A DNA stretch of 63,282 nucleotides, counting the filler, from Craspedostauros australis (taxonomy: Eukaryota): the NCBI GenBank assembly GCA_030167865.1. It is 5 parts of 5 records of this genome, joined end to end, with 100 filler letters (N's around TTAATTAATTAA, not from the genome) between each part and the next. Parts side by side here need not be neighbours in the genome. Positions count along the whole stretch, not along the records: positions 1 to 24,555 come from JALAGF010006353.1; positions 24,656 to 46,805 come from JALAGF010006356.1; 3 more parts are not named here. One strand, 5' to 3'. The translations under genes were made by a program, and so were the position numbers. This document shows, one piece after another, positions 19,501-30,100 of this stretch. Positions within the stretch are counted from its first letter, which is position 1. Every line of letters begins with the position of its first letter. The notes below the pieces were generated by a model. The model did no database searches and was not told the origin of the DNA. It saw nothing but the letters and a program-made list of their open reading frames with translations.

Positions 19501-21978
19501 AGTGTTTGCTGATGCGTTTGTATTTGTATTCGTGCTTGTGCTTGTGGTACCGTTGCCGCCATGCTCGTCCTCGTCATCATCCTCTTTCAGTTCTTGCCCA
19601 CGTCCCATCATGACCTTCACCTTCTTCATGTTCACCTCGCTGTCGGGCATTTCGTCGAACCGATCTGACTCATCTTCCTCCAAAGAAGTTGAGCGTGGTT
19701 CGTGCATAGGCATTCTGGACGGAGACGCACCCCCGATTTCTGAACCAGAGTTCCTGGCCTTCGCTGCTCCTGCTGCTGTTGTTGCTGTCTGTGGCGCGGT
19801 TGTGGATGCAGCTGCCGTTTTGGTTGCGTTTGAAGTTGACGCTGCTGCTTGATCATTGTGCTGTTGTTGGTGTTGCTGTGATTGCAGTTGGCCGTCTGAC
19901 CGTTGCTTGTCTTGCGACTTGTGGCTTTCGTGAAGCTTCCTGGATTGCTTCGTGAATGAAGACGATTCGTTAGAGGCTTCACCTATTGTGCGTTGTCTCA
20001 ACGCAGGCTTGACCTCGACCTCGTCCTCATCGCTGGGGCGTTTGAACAAGAACTCGTGAGCGAGGAGCTCTTTGGCTGTTGGGCGGACGTAGTCGCCGTC
20101 ATCGTTCTTGTGCCCCAAGCAGTACTTGATGAATTCGCGAGCGTGCCTCGATTCCAGCCGGTGGAGGACCTCCGGCGGTTCGCCCCTGGTGACCCGTTTG
20201 TAGATCTGGGCTGGGTTGGTGCACTCGCTGTACGGTATTTCTTTCGTGAAGATTTCCAGTAGACACATTCCAAATGCGTATATATCGACCTTCTCGTCGT
20301 ATGAGTTCTCTTCGTACATGTCGGGGGCCATGAACTCCGGCGTGCCGAGCACGCTCAAGACCTTGCCGTTGCGATGGACCGTGGACAGGCCAAGATCCCC
20401 GATCCGCAAATCACCGCTGGTGCCGTTGATGAAGATGTTCTCGCACTTGAGATCGCGATGGATGACGGGTGGGTCCTGGGCGTGCAGGTATTCCAACCCC
20501 TTGAGTATTTGAACAGCCCATCGCTTCGCGATCTTCCACCGGATGACCTGCACTTTGTTGATGAAGGACTTGAGCGTGCCAGAAGAGAGTATTTCTGTGA
20601 CGAAGTTGACCTCCTGCCGCTCCCTGTTGACCCACGATCCGTGGAAGCTGATGATGTTGGAGTGGTGGAGTCTCTCGAGCAGCCTCACCTCATTAACGAT
20701 GCGGTTCCTTTCGGTCTTGGGAACGCCTGCAAGATTGACGACGTTCCATGCCACCTCGATTCCCTCCTGCGTGTCGTAGGCGCGGTAGACATCCTTCGAG
20801 GCTCCGCTCCCAAGCTTCTCCATGAACCGAATGTAGCGACCGCCGGGTGATCGCTCTGCTATCGAAGAGTTCTGCCCCGATCCCATGATATCATCCAATC
20901 CATCTAGATCCAGCGATTCCGCGTTGGTGGCCTGAACGACGACTGGAGGGGCTGTGGCCGCAGATGCGTCCGAGTTCTCCGAAAGCGCTCTCGTTGTGTC
21001 GTGGCCAGGCCGCGATACTGACGATGGCAACAAGGCAGAAGACGATACGGCAGCGCCCGAGGCCAAAGTGCTCGCGTGCTGCACATGCTGCATGTTGGAG
21101 TCGCTGTTGGCCGATATGGACATGGTGGGCATGGACATGACAGACGGATCATCTCGGGCCTCGCCTGTTCCAGTTTCTCGAATCACTACAAGCGGCACTT
21201 CTGCGTCTGCGATCGTGGTGCTATTGCTGTCTTCCGCCGCTGCCGTTGAATTCGCGATCGTAGTTGTAGTTGCAGTGCCAGGTACAGTTGTAGTCACAGC
21301 CGGGGTATCGGACCCAGTTGCAGGTGCATTGATAGGTGCACTGACTGGTGCATTGACAGGTGCAGGTGTCGTAGTGGTGGCAAATACCACCTCTCCATCT
21401 CCAATGTTCCCATCTACGGTCTCTGTTGCTTTCAAATCATCAGATTCTACCTCGTGTTGCTGCTTCTGCTGCTGTTCCTGCTGATCCTGTGGCTTGGTAA
21501 TCCGTTGTTGTTGTTGTTGCTGCTGCTGCTGTTGCTGCTGCTGCTGTTGCTGCTGTTGTTCTGCCGCGGCATTCGGTGCTCCTGCCACAGCTCTGTTTGT
21601 CGCCGCTGCTTCCGCATATGTCGCTGCAAGCCCGGCCTTGGTGACACCGGTAGCATGAGTTCCAGCAGTTGTACTCGTGCTGTCAGGGGGAACAACTGCA
21701 TGATCGTCACCGTCATTGTGGGCATCCGCGTGCGAATGATTGTGAGCGTGAGTGTGAGCATCATGGTGAGCATCATTGTGAGCATCATTGTGACCATCGC
21801 CACCAGGCTGTGGCTGCTTGGGAGTCGCTGTGGGTATTTGTCCGTGCGTTGAGACAGAGACGAGAGCCGAGGCAGGTGCGGGGACAGAAGATGAGCCAGG
21901 CAATGCCTCATCCGCTGCGTTTCCTCCCGCAACCACCGACGCCGACTTGTCGCTGTTCTGCGCAGTCTGCGATGCCAT
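16555..21978 (-). CDS. WNK: WNK-family Ser/Thr kinase with long Q/P-rich disordered regions
   Basis: GRYIRFMEKLGSGASKDVYRAYDTQEGIEVAWN (Lys in the G-loop, VAWN in place of VAxK), HRDLKCENIFING, IGDLGLS, GTPEFMAP. Downstream VQFEFHLVTDDPVKVAKEMV resembles the CCT-like domain; C-terminal coiled coil. Likely ATG at 21978 (MASQTAQ). Confidence 0.93.
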   Translation of the reverse strand: MASQTAQNSDKSASVVAGGNAADEALPGSSSVPAPASALVSVSTHGQIPTATPKQPQPGGDGHNDAHNDAHHDAHTHAHNHSHADAHNDGDDHAVVPPDSTSTTAGTHATGVTKAGLAATYAEAAATNRAVAGAPNAAAEQQQQQQQQQQQQQQQQQQRITKPQDQQEQQQKQQHEVESDDLKATETVDGNIGDGEVVFATTTTPAPVNAPVSAPINAPATGSDTPAVTTTVPGTATTTTIANSTAAAEDSNSTTIADAEVPLVVIRETGTGEARDDPSVMSMPTMSISANSDSNMQHVQHASTLASGAAVSSSALLPSSVSRPGHDTTRALSENSDASAATAPPVVVQATNAESLDLDGLDDIMGSGQNSSIAERSPGGRYIRFMEKLGSGASKDVYRAYDTQEGIEVAWNVVNLAGVPKTERNRIVNEVRLLERLHHSNIISFHGSWVNRERQEVNFVTEILSSGTLKSFINKVQVIRWKIAKRWAVQILKGLEYLHAQDPPVIHRDLKCENIFINGTSGDLRIGDLGLSTVHRNGKVLSVLGTPEFMAPDMYEENSYDEKVDIYAFGMCLLEIFTKEIPYSECTNPAQIYKRVTRGEPPEVLHRLESRHAREFIKYCLGHKNDDGDYVRPTAKELLAHEFLFKRPSDEDEVEVKPALRQRTIGEASNESSSFTKQSRKLHESHKSQDKQRSDGQLQSQQHQQQHNDQAAASTSNATKTAAASTTAPQTATTAAGAAKARNSGSEIGGASPSRMPMHEPRSTSLEEDESDRFDEMPDSEVNMKKVKVMMGRGQELKEDDDEDEHGGNGTTSTSTNTNTNASANTGVSDGHATTRPITSANVSQAKDVGALAGNGGTVSAGTSLNSTTASAALTSAAPNNGSRMVQATGIQTVSQEGQVQQDHSRARDDTVASTANSTVIQGQASAAASAAPSNVIPRAGAPDIINRAEAAPLQTQTKDGQAAGDQPSQLQYLVAAVVLEHEHAESRPYADGILKLVITLPVDGQTQNVQFEFHLVTDDPVKVAKEMVTELGIPQDAVLEISETISALACSARMAQDRYQTRQNEQQQQQQQQQQQQQQQQQQQQQQQQQQQSTQPPLQPQVQVQPQPQQQQQPVRVSEAPQQTYVGTNSVGNAPTNGSQPVNQRQPLPAPLAPPQDHHQPQQQQVQMPPPLPPQPQQQQQQLPPLQPGAVMHQHTGSLPEFPTQGMTPSVSHQSIQDYRSIPSSSVQAPPPMQPLQSRPRQQSGGMQPQQQQQQRQPNAQTQLEMQTQGSPSIDQPALQQQQQQQHQPPSLPPLPPSHQQHNAQHSNGLHTTQLTSVQTQRMQPQTQTQPQQLPTSLNAPRQHQADPQLGKSLDQNHHNGHTLQSAQQQHPHHRHPPHQQHQQQQQQQHQPQMMASQIQHQPQSMGQNQPSQTQPAPNQYAPRMAAAPQHKQPQAQAQAHQQLQSQSQTMTGPPISQQQQPQQQPSPQAPQLNGDIDANLHRAHAGPTVYAQQTAGQGAATPSVAAQPPNGEYPSPPQQHPPQQHVRTQPQMGGVRQQPNTQPLANSAAPSQQHAPHLAKNNQSMVHQQVPLQQKQQQPLPSLQSSSSVPLNGEGLMSQNPSNSARDALLNGTSGTPMQRAPKANGPAGSRVEPASQVHTTVPAQHRPPQPGRNGAGMANSANKTQAVGGGQPAPSHESENTISANAAAAELRRASVNYDGMATEDVAELKRLDAEMKKMMMRTKKVFDNRMDNLQRTQSQREAQHKKSVEKHQKDRVEFEKRIQQEEIEQNRRLEQLQREWELKRQAVHHKQEPPADGDSSPEG

Positions 21979-23273
21979 GGTCTTCCAGTCCTTTGGCGCG
22001 CACAGCACCTTCAAACGAACAGCACGGCAAGATCGATGGGAAGTGACCAACGCTCTCCTTGCGCCACGCGTGCTGGCAACGAGACACAGCAGCAAAAGCC
22101 AGTGTCAGACGGAGCCTCTGTCTCAAGTTCTGTCCAGCTCGCTCTCCCGAAGAGAGAGAGAGGAAGGGTGGAGGGTCTCGTGGTGGAACGACAGCCTGCG
22201 AGCTTGCTTGAGGCGCGTTGCGGTCGATCCCTCGTCAAGTGGATCTCCCCACGCCGGACCTGTTGCGTCTACGGTCCTTCCAGATTGCTTTGCGTTGTGA
22301 TTTTAGATCCCAATCGAGGGTATGGTGACCACCTTGTCGATCGCCATGGACGGCCGTCTCTTCTCTTGTTGGGGTCCTTGCTTTGCCTTTTTCCCTCGCA
22401 TTGTATTGCGTCGATCGTTTTCGTCGCCTTTCATGTAGCGTTGCATCGCGTTGGGCCTCCAAGGGAACCAACACACCTGGGATCAACGACGCGAAAGGGC
22501 AGAAGAAGGCAAGGGAGCAGAAGACGCAAAACAGCAACCGCGGCAGCGCACGAAGACCGTCACGCGCAGCACGACACAGACAGACACACAGACACAGACA
22601 CAGACAAGCACACATCCTCTCTCTCTCTGTCATCGAGCGGCGTCCAACCCGCAGCAGCGGATCCTGTCGTACCGCGTACTGTATCGTGTCGTATGATTCG
22701 TCTGCCAACACGACAGAACGCGAGACCCCTGTGACGCGGCGCACAACCCCGAACACCAAAACCCTTGCCCTCCCTCTGACCAAGCCCACCGCCACAACGT
22801 CGACTCACGCTTTGTGTCGTCATTTGAAGTTCTGCGCGCGGAGGGCTGGCTTTGGTTCTCGTGTTCTCACGAGAAGTTCTGTACTCCAGACGATACCACG
22901 CGGTACCTCGAAGTACTACAATAAAACACGATTTGTTTGTTGTCACACAAATACGGCAGGAATCTTCTATAATATCCGGGTTACTGTTTGATACCGTGTT
23001 GGGAGGACCTCGTCTTGTCCCCACGAAGCAATTGTGTTTGTGTCGAGAGCGTGTCGTTCGGATGTCTCACCATTGTGCTTTAAAAATATGTGTTGTGCGA
23101 AGCGAAGGGCAGACGAGAGATAAGCTGGGTCCAACGAATTCTCAACCGCCCCAAACGAAAAACCTGAAGAACGGCAACACGAAACACGACCACAAAAGAA
23201 ACGAAGAGAGAGAGAGGCTGCGACATGACCGGGGAGTTGTCGGAAAAGGAGAAAAGCTTACTTTTTATGTCGG

Positions 23274-23780
23274 AATTGGCAAGACTAGGTACTTGATTAG
23301 ACATAAATATGTGATGTGCACCCATCATGGTACTTTGTTTGTTCCTACTACTATTGAGTNCTTAGTTNGTGCTCTCCTTTGTGTTTCTGTTTCTGTTGTT
23401 TTCGTTGTTTTTTGGTGTTTGTTTTGGTTTTGTTCGTACTGTTGTCGTGATTCTGTGTGATCTACTCTGGGGAGTAGTGCTCTCTGTCTGTGATTTCTGT
23501 GTGNNNNNNNNNNNNNNNNNNNNNNNNNNNNNNNNNNNNNNNNNNNNNNNNNNTTGGCAAGACTAGGTACTTGATTAGACATAAATATGTGATGTGCACC
23601 CATCATGGTACTTTGTTTGTTCCTACTACTATTGAGTGCTTAGTTTGTGCTCTCCTTTGTGTTTCTGTTTCTGTTGTTTTCGTTGTTTTTTGGTGTTTGT
23701 TTTGGTTTTGTTCGTACTGTTGTCGTGATTCTGTGTGATCTACTCTGGGGAGTAGTGCTCTCTGTCTGTGATTTCTGTGT
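23274..23780. repeat. Tandem duplicate of about 230 bp split by an N gap
   Basis: 23274-23503 is repeated from 23554 onward on the other side of a 50-N gap. Probably an unresolved assembly overlap. Confidence 0.75.
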
Positions 23781-23910
23781 GTTTTGCTGCTTCTCGTGTG
23801 ATGTTTCTGGTGTTGACGCATTCACGCTGATGCGGTGATTTTGTTGTTGTTGTTGTTGTTGTTGTTGTTGACGCATCCAGGCTGATGCGGTGTGCTGCGT
23901 TCCGCTGCAC

Positions 23911-24555
23911 TTAGGCGTTCACAGTGTGCCCTGTTGCATCGGCAGACACAACACTGCCATTCACTCCATCAGGCATTCCTGCCGCAGCTCCGCCTGATAC
24001 CTCATCCACTTTCAGGCGGAGCACATCATCACGACGTGGGGCGTCCTCACCGTTGCGGGGGCGCACAGAGCCAGTCAGAGCTGTCATCTCCATCTCGACA
24101 GTGGGGATGGAGCTCCCAGTACTGCTGGATTGAGAGGAGCTCCAGACTGGGTCGGGAACNNNNNNNNNNNNNNNNNNNNNNNNNNNNNNNNNNNNNNNNN
24201 NNNNNNNNNNNNNNNNNNNNNNNNNNNNNNNNNNNNNNNNNNNNNNNNNNNNNNNNNNNNNNNNNNNNNNNNNNNNNNNNNNNNNNNNNNNNNNNNNNNN
24301 NNNNNNNNNNNNNNNNNNNNNNNNNNNNNNNNNNNNNNNNNNNNNNAGCTGGGAGCGCTCTTTTGCCGCACGCAAGAGAGCCTCGCATTCGGCCCGTTCC
24401 TTGCGAGCTAGCTCTTGCGCTCGAGCAACTTGGGCCGCGGCCTCGCGTTCCATCTGCTGGCGGATCGCAGTAGTCTGCGCAGCATTCTGATTGGTTGCAG
24501 GAGGGCTGGCAAACCCGGCACCAGCATTGGGAATTGGAGATCCGAATGAAGCAGG
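23911..24555 (-). CDS. Partial ORF of unknown function (coiled coil, gapped, 5' truncated at scaffold end); possibly TE-derived
   Basis: Open from the scaffold edge: PASFGSPIPNAG...QQMEREAAAQVARAQELARKERAECEALLRAAKE, continuing after the N gap to a stop at 23911. The frame across the gap cannot be verified. Confidence 0.3.
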   Translation of the reverse strand, partial: PASFGSPIPNAGAGFASPPATNQNAAQTTAIRQQMEREAAAQVARAQELARKERAECEALLRAAKERSQXXXXXXXXXXXXXXXXXXXXXXXXXXXXXXXXXXXXXXXXXXXXXXXXXXXXXXXXXXXXXXXVPDPVWSSSQSSSTGSSIPTVEMEMTALTGSVRPRNGEDAPRRDDVLRLKVDEVSGGAAAGMPDGVNGSVVSADATGHTVNA

Positions 24556-24655
24556 NNNNNNNNNNNNNNNNNNNNNNNNNNNNNNNNNNNNNNNNNNNNT
24601 TAATTAATTAANNNNNNNNNNNNNNNNNNNNNNNNNNNNNNNNNNNNNNNNNNNN
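24556..24655. other. Artificial scaffold linker
   Basis: 44 N + TTAATTAATTAA (stops in all six frames) + 44 N. Confidence 0.95.
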
Positions 24656-26109
24656 CGATCCGCCGCCACCTTCTGTCGCGATTGCGCACAAAAGTCGATG
24701 ACTGTGGTGTAGGTGTAGATGTCGGGTTTCATGGAATGGTGCAGCGCGTTCTTTTGCTTCTTGCTGCGGTACAATTCCTGCAGCTCTTTGAGGATGAGCT
24801 CGGCACGTCTGGGAGCGTCCTTGCTGGGCGCGTGATCTGTGCCACGACGCGCCGACGGCTTCACCATGGATCGTGACCAGGCTGAGAGGACGGTGTTGTA
24901 GCTGATGAGACATGGCTGCACGCCGCACTCTTCGGTCTTCATGCGCTGCAGCAGGGCATCGGCACGTTCGCCGGCATCCAACCGTCCCGACTTGGCCCAA
25001 CAGCTCAGCACACTGTTATAGGTGACGATATCGGGTTTCACCTCGGGGCTGGGATGATTTTCCATCAGCGTCAGCAACGCCTGTGCTCGTTCCGGTATTC
25101 TAGACGACGGTGAAGAGCTTTCGGCTTGCGGGCTGTTGGAGAATGCGCTGATAACGGCGTTGTACGTGATCGGATCCGGTTGGACGGTGGCTTCGTCGCC
25201 ATCGCCGTTGCGAGTGCCAGCACTATCGCCCAGCGGTTTGGATTCCTGAATCATGTCGTCCAGAATGGCCTCTGCCGTATCATAGTCCCCAATCTGCGCC
25301 AAACAGTGAATGACGGAGTTGTACGTGACGACGCTGGGCTTCATGTGCGTTGCGGTCGACGTCGCCGAGAAGAATTGCATCTCATGCAGCAGTTCCATGA
25401 CGCGCTTGATGGACGGCTTGCCATCTTTGTAGAACGTCGGTATCATCATGGCACCACTGTTGGAGAGCGGAGTCGCCTGTGCCGTTGCCAACGCTTCATC
25501 GTTGGCATTGTCCACAGCCTCGTTATTCTGCGCATCGTCATCGCCACGCGCAATCCGCCCACCCGCTCTCTGGTATTCATACGTCTCGCGCTGCTGCAGC
25601 GCTTCGGCGTCGCCAAATTGATGGTTGCGCCGCAAGAAGAGCAGCTGCTTGGCATGCGCATTGATGACGGAATTGTAGGCAAACTCCGTCGGCGGTCCGT
25701 CCATCAAGATGCCAGCCTTGTAATCCAACCACATGCGCCGCAGCAGGGATTCGGAGCGCTTGACAATGTCGGGACTCGCCGACTTCGCGTAGGCCTGGAA
25801 CGTCATGGTGTAGGCCTTGAGGTTGGGTCGCTGATCGGGCGATGCGCGCATTGCATTCAGAATGGACTCAGCTTGCTGCGGATCGCCATTTTGGCTGGCC
25901 TGGAACAGTTCGCTCCAGCACGAGGATTCGTCCTCCTGCGACGATGCCATAGAAGCCTCGGCGGTTGCCTTGGGTTGCACGGAGAACGACACGAGAGAGC
26001 TGCGCGATGAAATCTTGGAACCAGCATCATTGAGGAATCCAAATGCCGATGCTACGAACAGCAACTGAACGACGCACGCGATGCTCGTTTTACTGGTCAT
26101 TGTGCTCAT
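24656..26109 (-). CDS. Plastid-targeted pentatricopeptide repeat (PPR) protein, 3' truncated
   Basis: Signal peptide ending VASA-F (ASAF motif). Repeated PPR motifs PTEFAYNSVINAHAK, PSVVTYNSVIHCLA, PDPITYNAVISAFS, PDIVTYNSVLSCWAK, PCLISYNTVLSAWS, PDIYTYTTVID. The ORF runs into the linker. Confidence 0.9.
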
Positions 26110-26155
26110 GCGGAGGCTCCCTTTCAGCGCGCCTGCGATTGATCTGTTCTGTCAG

Positions 26156-26265
26156 CTGAACTGAACTGAACTGAACTGAACTGAGTTGAGTTGAGTTGAG
26201 TTGAGTTGAGTTGAGTTGAGTTGAGTTGAGTTGAGTTGAGTTGAGTTGGATTGGATTGGATTGGA
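26156..26265 (+). repeat. Compound pentanucleotide microsatellite (CTGAA)n(GAGTT)n(GGATT)n
   Basis: Directly visible just upstream of the PPR gene start. Confidence 0.9.
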
Positions 26266-26405
26266 TAAAGCCGAGCCGAGCTGAGTTCAGGTTTGATCGA
26301 GATGAATCAACGAGCCAAGGGTGTTGGACGAAGGGGGACAATGAATGTGTGCTCTCCTCAGATTGGTGTTGTTGGGAGTTGTGGTTGAAGTTGTTGTCGT
26401 GTGGT

Positions 26406-26463
26406 GGGAGTTGTGGCGGGAGTTGTGGCGGGAGTTGTGGCGGGAGTTGTGGCGGGAGTTGCG
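26406..26463 (+). repeat. 12-bp tandem repeat GGGAGTTGTGGC, about 5 copies
   Basis: Directly visible. Confidence 0.85.
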
Positions 26464-27146
26464 GTCGGAGGATCCAGTCGACACGGAGGTGTGTTGGTGG
26501 TGGCGATCTCCATCGTTGTGTTCCACTCGTGACGTCAATAGTTGATCAAACCAGTCGAACACATGAGTCCACGACAGTCGTGCATAGTTTGCATCGCGTT
26601 GCTTTTTTCGCGAGCGCCTCACAAAATGCGGCGCCAACATCAACACATGACCGCCATCGACGACTTGTCATCCGGAAGTACGAGCATGGTACCACACTAT
26701 GCATACACGTACTTGAATACGTTGCAGAAGGCGGGGATAGACATCCCACAAAAGGCTCCACTGGATACCAATAGTGGCATGCAATAGCCAGTGCTTGGTT
26801 AGCAAGCGAACAAGCAAGCACCAACGTCAACGAGGTGGTACTCTCTCAGAGATCATAACATACTCGTACAATAGATTGCTGAGGATGAACTTCACGGCTG
26901 CCGACAGCCATCCGGAATCTTCAGCTTGCATCCCTACTTATGATTCTATTGATCTATCTTATTCATTACATTTTTACAATGTATTCAACTCTATTCTCTA
27001 ATGCGTTGCTCTTGTGCAACCGGAAAATTCCAAAATCCGTGCTGATCGTGATTGCTGAGCAACGCTGCACGTACGCGCGCCCTATCTCTACTTCGTCCTC
27101 CTGTGTGCCATCATCTGCATCATGGTACCAACAGCAGTCGCTCGTC

Positions 27147-30100
27147 TCACGGCTGTTGCAACGATGCCAGGTACTCTGCCAACTCGGTGTGTCCTTGCAT
27201 TGCAGCATCATCCTGCGGTCTCATACCAAACCGATTGCGGATGCTCGTGTCCACTTCGACATCAGGTGTGTCGAGCCAATCACGTACCGCCTTTAGACAC
27301 CCGTACCAGCACAAAACGTGCAAAGGCGTATTGCCATCCACATCGGCAATGTTCACATCTGCGTGAGCTCTTTCCAACAATTCGTCGATGACGGACTCGT
27401 AAGCGCCATTGCCGGCCGCGGACATTGTGCACGCGATGAACAGCGGAGTTTCGCGCCTCATGTTGGTCAGGTTGGGATTGGTCTGTTCCATCTCGAACAA
27501 GATTTCGAGAATATCCCAGTGCCCGCTCTGGCCGTCGCCGTAGTATTGGACCGTAAGATGCAATGGGGAGTTTCCTTCACTGTTTTGGACATTCACGTCC
27601 ACGCCTGCGATCTCGGTCAAATGACCCGCCACATCATCGTGTCCGCCAGCGCACGCAAAGTGCAGCGGGGTGTGTCCGAGCGCATCTTGCAAGTTGACGT
27701 TGGCATTTGGCAGCGTGAGCAGGCCTCTCACCACGTCAACGTGCCCACCAGCGGCGGCAGCGTGTATGAGTGTGCTTGCGTTACTGTACCGAGCATCAAT
27801 TTGGAGGTTGGGTTGTGCGATGAGATATTCGATCACAGAAAGACGTCCGTAGGTGTAGGCAAGGAGCAGCGGTGTGTAGCCTTGTTGGTCTTGGATGTTG
27901 ATATCAGCCTGTGCCTCTTCAACCAGATGTTTCACCACTTCAAAGCGTCCACCTGCGCACGCAAAGTGCAGCGGAGTTTGGCCAGCGGTGTTGAGGATGT
28001 TGACGCCGGTATTGGTCTGTCCACTCAAGTATTGCACCACCTCAAGATGCCCTTTCATGCTCGCGAAATGCAATGGGGTTTGGCCAGCGCTGTTGGGAGT
28101 GTCGGCACGGGCTCTCCACACGTCCACCAGATACCGAATGCCATCAGCATGCGTGCAATCTGCAGCGCACATGAGATGCAGTGGCGTATTGCCCTCGTTG
28201 TCCTGCTGATTGACGTCGAGTTGCTCTTCCGTCAGAAGGTGCTGGATGATGGCATGATGTTGCGCATCTCCATCATCCGAGAATGTTTGTTTGCTGCAGG
28301 CAATGTGCAACAGCGTTTGGCCAGCATTATTCCGAACATGCATTCGGATGCCCTCCCTATCAGCCAGGTACTTGAACATCTCGAAGTGTCCGTCCTTGAT
28401 GATGATGTGCAATGGGGTGTTGCCGTCATTGTCCGCGACATTGACATCCGCGTATGCTTCCACGAGTCCTTTGACGAGAACGTTGTATCCGCTCTCAGAT
28501 GTGTACTGTTTGCATGCTTCGATCAGCGGCGTTTGATGATGGTGATTGGGGAGGTTGACTTTGATTTGTGGCTGTTGCAAGAGTATGTTGAATACCTCCC
28601 AATGGCCGTCGACGAATCCCGGATCATACTCTCGGCAGGCAAGATACAAGGGGGTATTCCCATCATTGTCTTGAGCGTTGATGTTGATGTTGATGCCGAT
28701 CAAGTACTGTACGGTCTCGTGTCGTCCAAATCGTGCGGCGCAATGGAGTCCAGTTCTGCCATCCTCGGTCGTGAGACCAGGATTGAAGCCAACAGACTCG
28801 ATGAGATGCTGAACGGTCTCTAATTGGCGACGGCAACACGCATGGTGCAGCGGCGTGTTCTCATATTGTAGGTTGATGCCGTCACCAAGCGGACCTGTCA
28901 AGTACTCGACCACGTCCTTGTGTCTGTGTTGGCAAGCGAGGCCAAGGGGAGTATGACCAAGCTCAGATTGACTGTTGATGAGGGTGTTGCCAGCCTCCGG
29001 GTTGGATTCCACGAGGAGTTTGACCACACGCATGTGACCTTGCTGACATGCAATGTGCAATGGCGTGCGTCCATCGTCGTTGGAGATGGTCATGTCAACC
29101 GTAGCGCCCAATCCCATCAAATATTGAATCACCTGGATGTTTCCAAACCAACAGGCGCGGTACAGTCCTGTCTCGCCTTTATTGTTGCGGGCGTTGACAT
29201 CGATGTTGGTGTTCTCTGATTCCACCAAACATTGAACGACGTTGCCTTGTGTAGAACTACACGCATCATGGAATGGTGTGTTTCCATTGCTAGCGTTTCT
29301 GACGTTGACGCTTGCATGGACGTTTGCCTGCCTTGATTGCACAAAACATTGAACCGCTTTGGCGTGTTGGTGTTGGCAAGCAACATGGAGTGCTGTGTCG
29401 CCATCTGAGTTACGAGCGGTGGCATCAAGGTTGATCCGATTGGACTTCACCAAGTACTCTACCACTCCCTCCTGGCCAAAGCGGCACGCCAGATGAAGTG
29501 GAGAGTCTCCATCGTGGTCTTGCAAGTTTGGATCTACGTCGTTGCGATCCGATTCCATGAGGCACTTCAGCACAGCTTGACGACCATTGCCACAGGCAAG
29601 ATGGATTGGTGTGCATCCGCTGTTGTTGAGGATGCTGAAATTGATTCTGCCGTCCAGATCCGACTGAATCATGCATTCAACGACGCGGAGTTTGCCGTGT
29701 CGACATGCCAGATGGAGTGGCGAATCACCGTTGGTGTTTCTGACGTTGAACTTGATGACGTCCTCACCAAATCCAACCATGAATGCGACGATGTCGTTTT
29801 GGCCGTACTGGCACGCATAATGGAGTGGTGCGCAACCAGTTTCGTCTTGCTTGTTGATGTCGATGTGAATCTGCTTGGATGGTATGAAACGATATACGAT
29901 GTTCGTCTGCCCATGTCGGCAGGCCACATGCAGAGGTTTGTTTTGCTCGAAATCAATCCCGGCTCTATCCGATGTAACGAGATACTCGGCAAGATCCGCG
30001 TCCCCGTTCTTGCAAACAGTCTCGAGCGGCATGTAACCCTGATAGTTTCTGATGTTGAGATCAACGTTGGCCTGATCGGATTCCACCATGTATTCAACAA

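Noticed and set aside
24600..24611. TTAATTAATTAA as a transposon target site or regulatory palindrome
   Set aside because: Always centred in 44+44 N at four places, so it is an assembly spacer.
26406..26463. CRISPR-like or telomeric array
   Set aside because: Head-to-tail 12-mers with no spacers, short and interstitial.
27318..28823. 501-aa plus-strand ORF, and similar long antisense ORFs at 42583-43677, 53347-54411 and 4242-5018
   Set aside because: Antisense shadows of well-supported genes; no recognisable motifs.
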